Shown piece after piece: positions 34,601 to 34,714 of a DNA stretch of 34,714 bases. The translations under genes were made by a program, and so were the position numbers. Source of the DNA: an uncultured Ignavibacteriota bacterium (lineage in GTDB: Bacteria > Bacteroidota > Ignavibacteria > UBA10030 > UBA8401); assembly GCA_903907305.1 (NCBI GenBank), contig CAIVNT010000636.1, positions 1 through 34,714 on the forward strand, given 5' to 3'. The notes under the pieces are model-generated. The model ran no database searches. It worked only from the letters and a program-made list of their open reading frames with translations, and was not told the origin of the DNA. The number at the start of each line of letters is the position of its first letter. Position 1 is the stretch's first letter.

Positions 34601-34714
34601 ATAGCGTACGCACATGCTTGTTGGATCGATGCCGTTCCGACTCGGGTTATGGGGACGGTGATATTGCTGATGTTCACGGCATATCCGGCGGCTACAGTAA
34701 TCGAAAAATCAACA
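31687..34714 (-). CDS. Giant S/T/G/N-rich surface protein (beta-helix/adhesin-like) with T9SS C-terminal sorting domain; N-terminus lies beyond the right window edge
   Basis: The reading frame stays open upstream of the track's GTG start at 34677 to the window end (..VDFSITVAAGYAV-NISNITVP). It has long degenerate repeats such as GxxTxNSG, LTLNSG and TVNNLTVQQGTFTLNSAG. The C-terminus has an Ig-like module (VELTMFRAE...WNTASEMNNYGFEVQKS...YSYRLKQIDRNGQFKYS) and the CTD CYPNPFNPSTTIEF...GVYLSVL...NRMVLTK. No catalytic motif was recognised. Confidence 0.6.
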   Translation of the reverse strand, partial: VDFSITVAAGYAVNISNITVPITRVGTASIQQACAYAINDVWNTPQYILNSASGVTIVTGNIIWTTPVSLNAGDKLSVRYIVWRNNGAGVSTLTSGAKIGGTTSVSITGTASVAGAPTIVANPASLSGFIYESGSGPSSASSFSLTANNLTPATGNLTVAGTSSFEVSSDGGTNYSDNVTVAYSGSGSSLTPSTIYVRMKNGITSGDKNNESVKIYGGGIAEGSASTASCSGTIFNTYSWTGADGADFTVGSNWNPVRTSSTNDILHFNDGTTKTIVSVPNTSVGQISVSNNSSVMLQSSGAVSFTILGGTGTDVSVSSGSSLILGGSNAITFTLNSAATGSINGNFTTQGAAHQVSIATTGALVFENGSIFTQGTSVAGNIFGSATSPANVAVFNSGSKFVHKDGSNPFGISAPGSKITFNSGSIYSNEGGAMSLSNRTYADFVFNNSAGAASPAGSNPWTVNNLTVQQGTFTLNSAGQIVVNGTVTINAGAKLRLLNTNAAGCVLPNAGHVVNGYLGIGMPFSITSGGTLTYGSAATLAYIGTAAQTVATSNIELTSIPPNFSLENSAGITVSNAIAITGMLTLGGNNVYTNLSNITGYTGVDYAATISQTTGAELGSSITNLTINNALGVTVATSKTVTGTLTLNSGIVNIGTNVLTLGPTAVLAGTPSAASMVVASAGGEIRKEMSSSGSFTFPIGDNTGTAEYSPVALTMNSADAFTSAYVSASVTNAKHSNNSSSTNFLSRYWTLTGSGITNPNYSAVFTYADGDINGTESQLWGGKYNGSAWTLLSAVNEAANSFTASGMTSFSDITAGEQSAMPVELTMFRAEVQRISVAIQWNTASEMNNYGFEVQKSIDGNWKKIGFVEGQGTSNTPKEYSFADPEMLPGKYSYRLKQIDRNGQFKYSGAVEVDVIRSVPKILSLSDCYPNPFNPSTTIEFTVPNDGRASLKVYNMLGQLAAELFNDGVLAGRAYRVTFDGTRLSSGVYLSVLDFGGKRVTNRMVLTK

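Noticed and set aside
1-34714. CRISPR arrays, IS elements/transposases, rRNA genes, toxin-antitoxin or defence-system genes
   Set aside because: No regularly spaced direct repeats, no transposase-like ORFs and no rRNA-like sequence were seen by eye. All large ORFs are accounted for by the metabolic and surface-protein calls.

Overview
Bacterial chromosomal window. It is probably from an FCB-superphylum organism (Ignavibacteria / Bacteroidota-like). This is inferred from five T9SS-type C-terminal sorting domains, a SusC-like TonB-dependent receptor and a PorV-like barrel; several genes also have clear Shine-Dalgarno sites. The left ~6.8 kb is housekeeping. On the minus strand are a xerD-like fragment and a pgpH-like 7TM-HD gene. 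On the plus strand are rsmA, mgtE, a PAP2 membrane protein, tRNA-His(GTG) and tRNA-Glu(TTC), followed by a degenerate tRNA-Glu-derived structured segment. From 6836 to the right edge (~28 kb) every real gene is on the minus strand, forming one glycan-utilisation array. In order of transcription: a giant S/T/G/N-rich T9SS-tailed surface protein (N-terminus outside the window), a GH79-like putative beta-glucuronidase, an unassigned clan-GH-A-like hydrolase, a GH3 beta-glucosidase, a TonB-dependent receptor, a 681-aa T9SS-tailed protein of unknown family, a PorV-like beta-barrel, a T9SS-tailed alpha/beta-hydrolase esterase, a T9SS-tailed parallel beta-helix protein, then uxaC, an exuT-like MFS transporter, uxuA, an SDR-type uxuB, an SGNH esterase and a HIT protein. 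No regulator, SusD homologue, CRISPR array, IS element or rRNA was seen. The points most worth follow-up are the SusD-less receptor / T9SS-partner / PorV-like triad, a ~220-aa N-terminal module shared by two different enzymes, a ~136-nt structured intercistronic element ending in an intrinsic terminator upstream of uxuA, interleaved palindromes over the pgpH-like promoter, and the tRNA-Glu-derived segment. All family calls come from motif recognition by eye. No searches were run.
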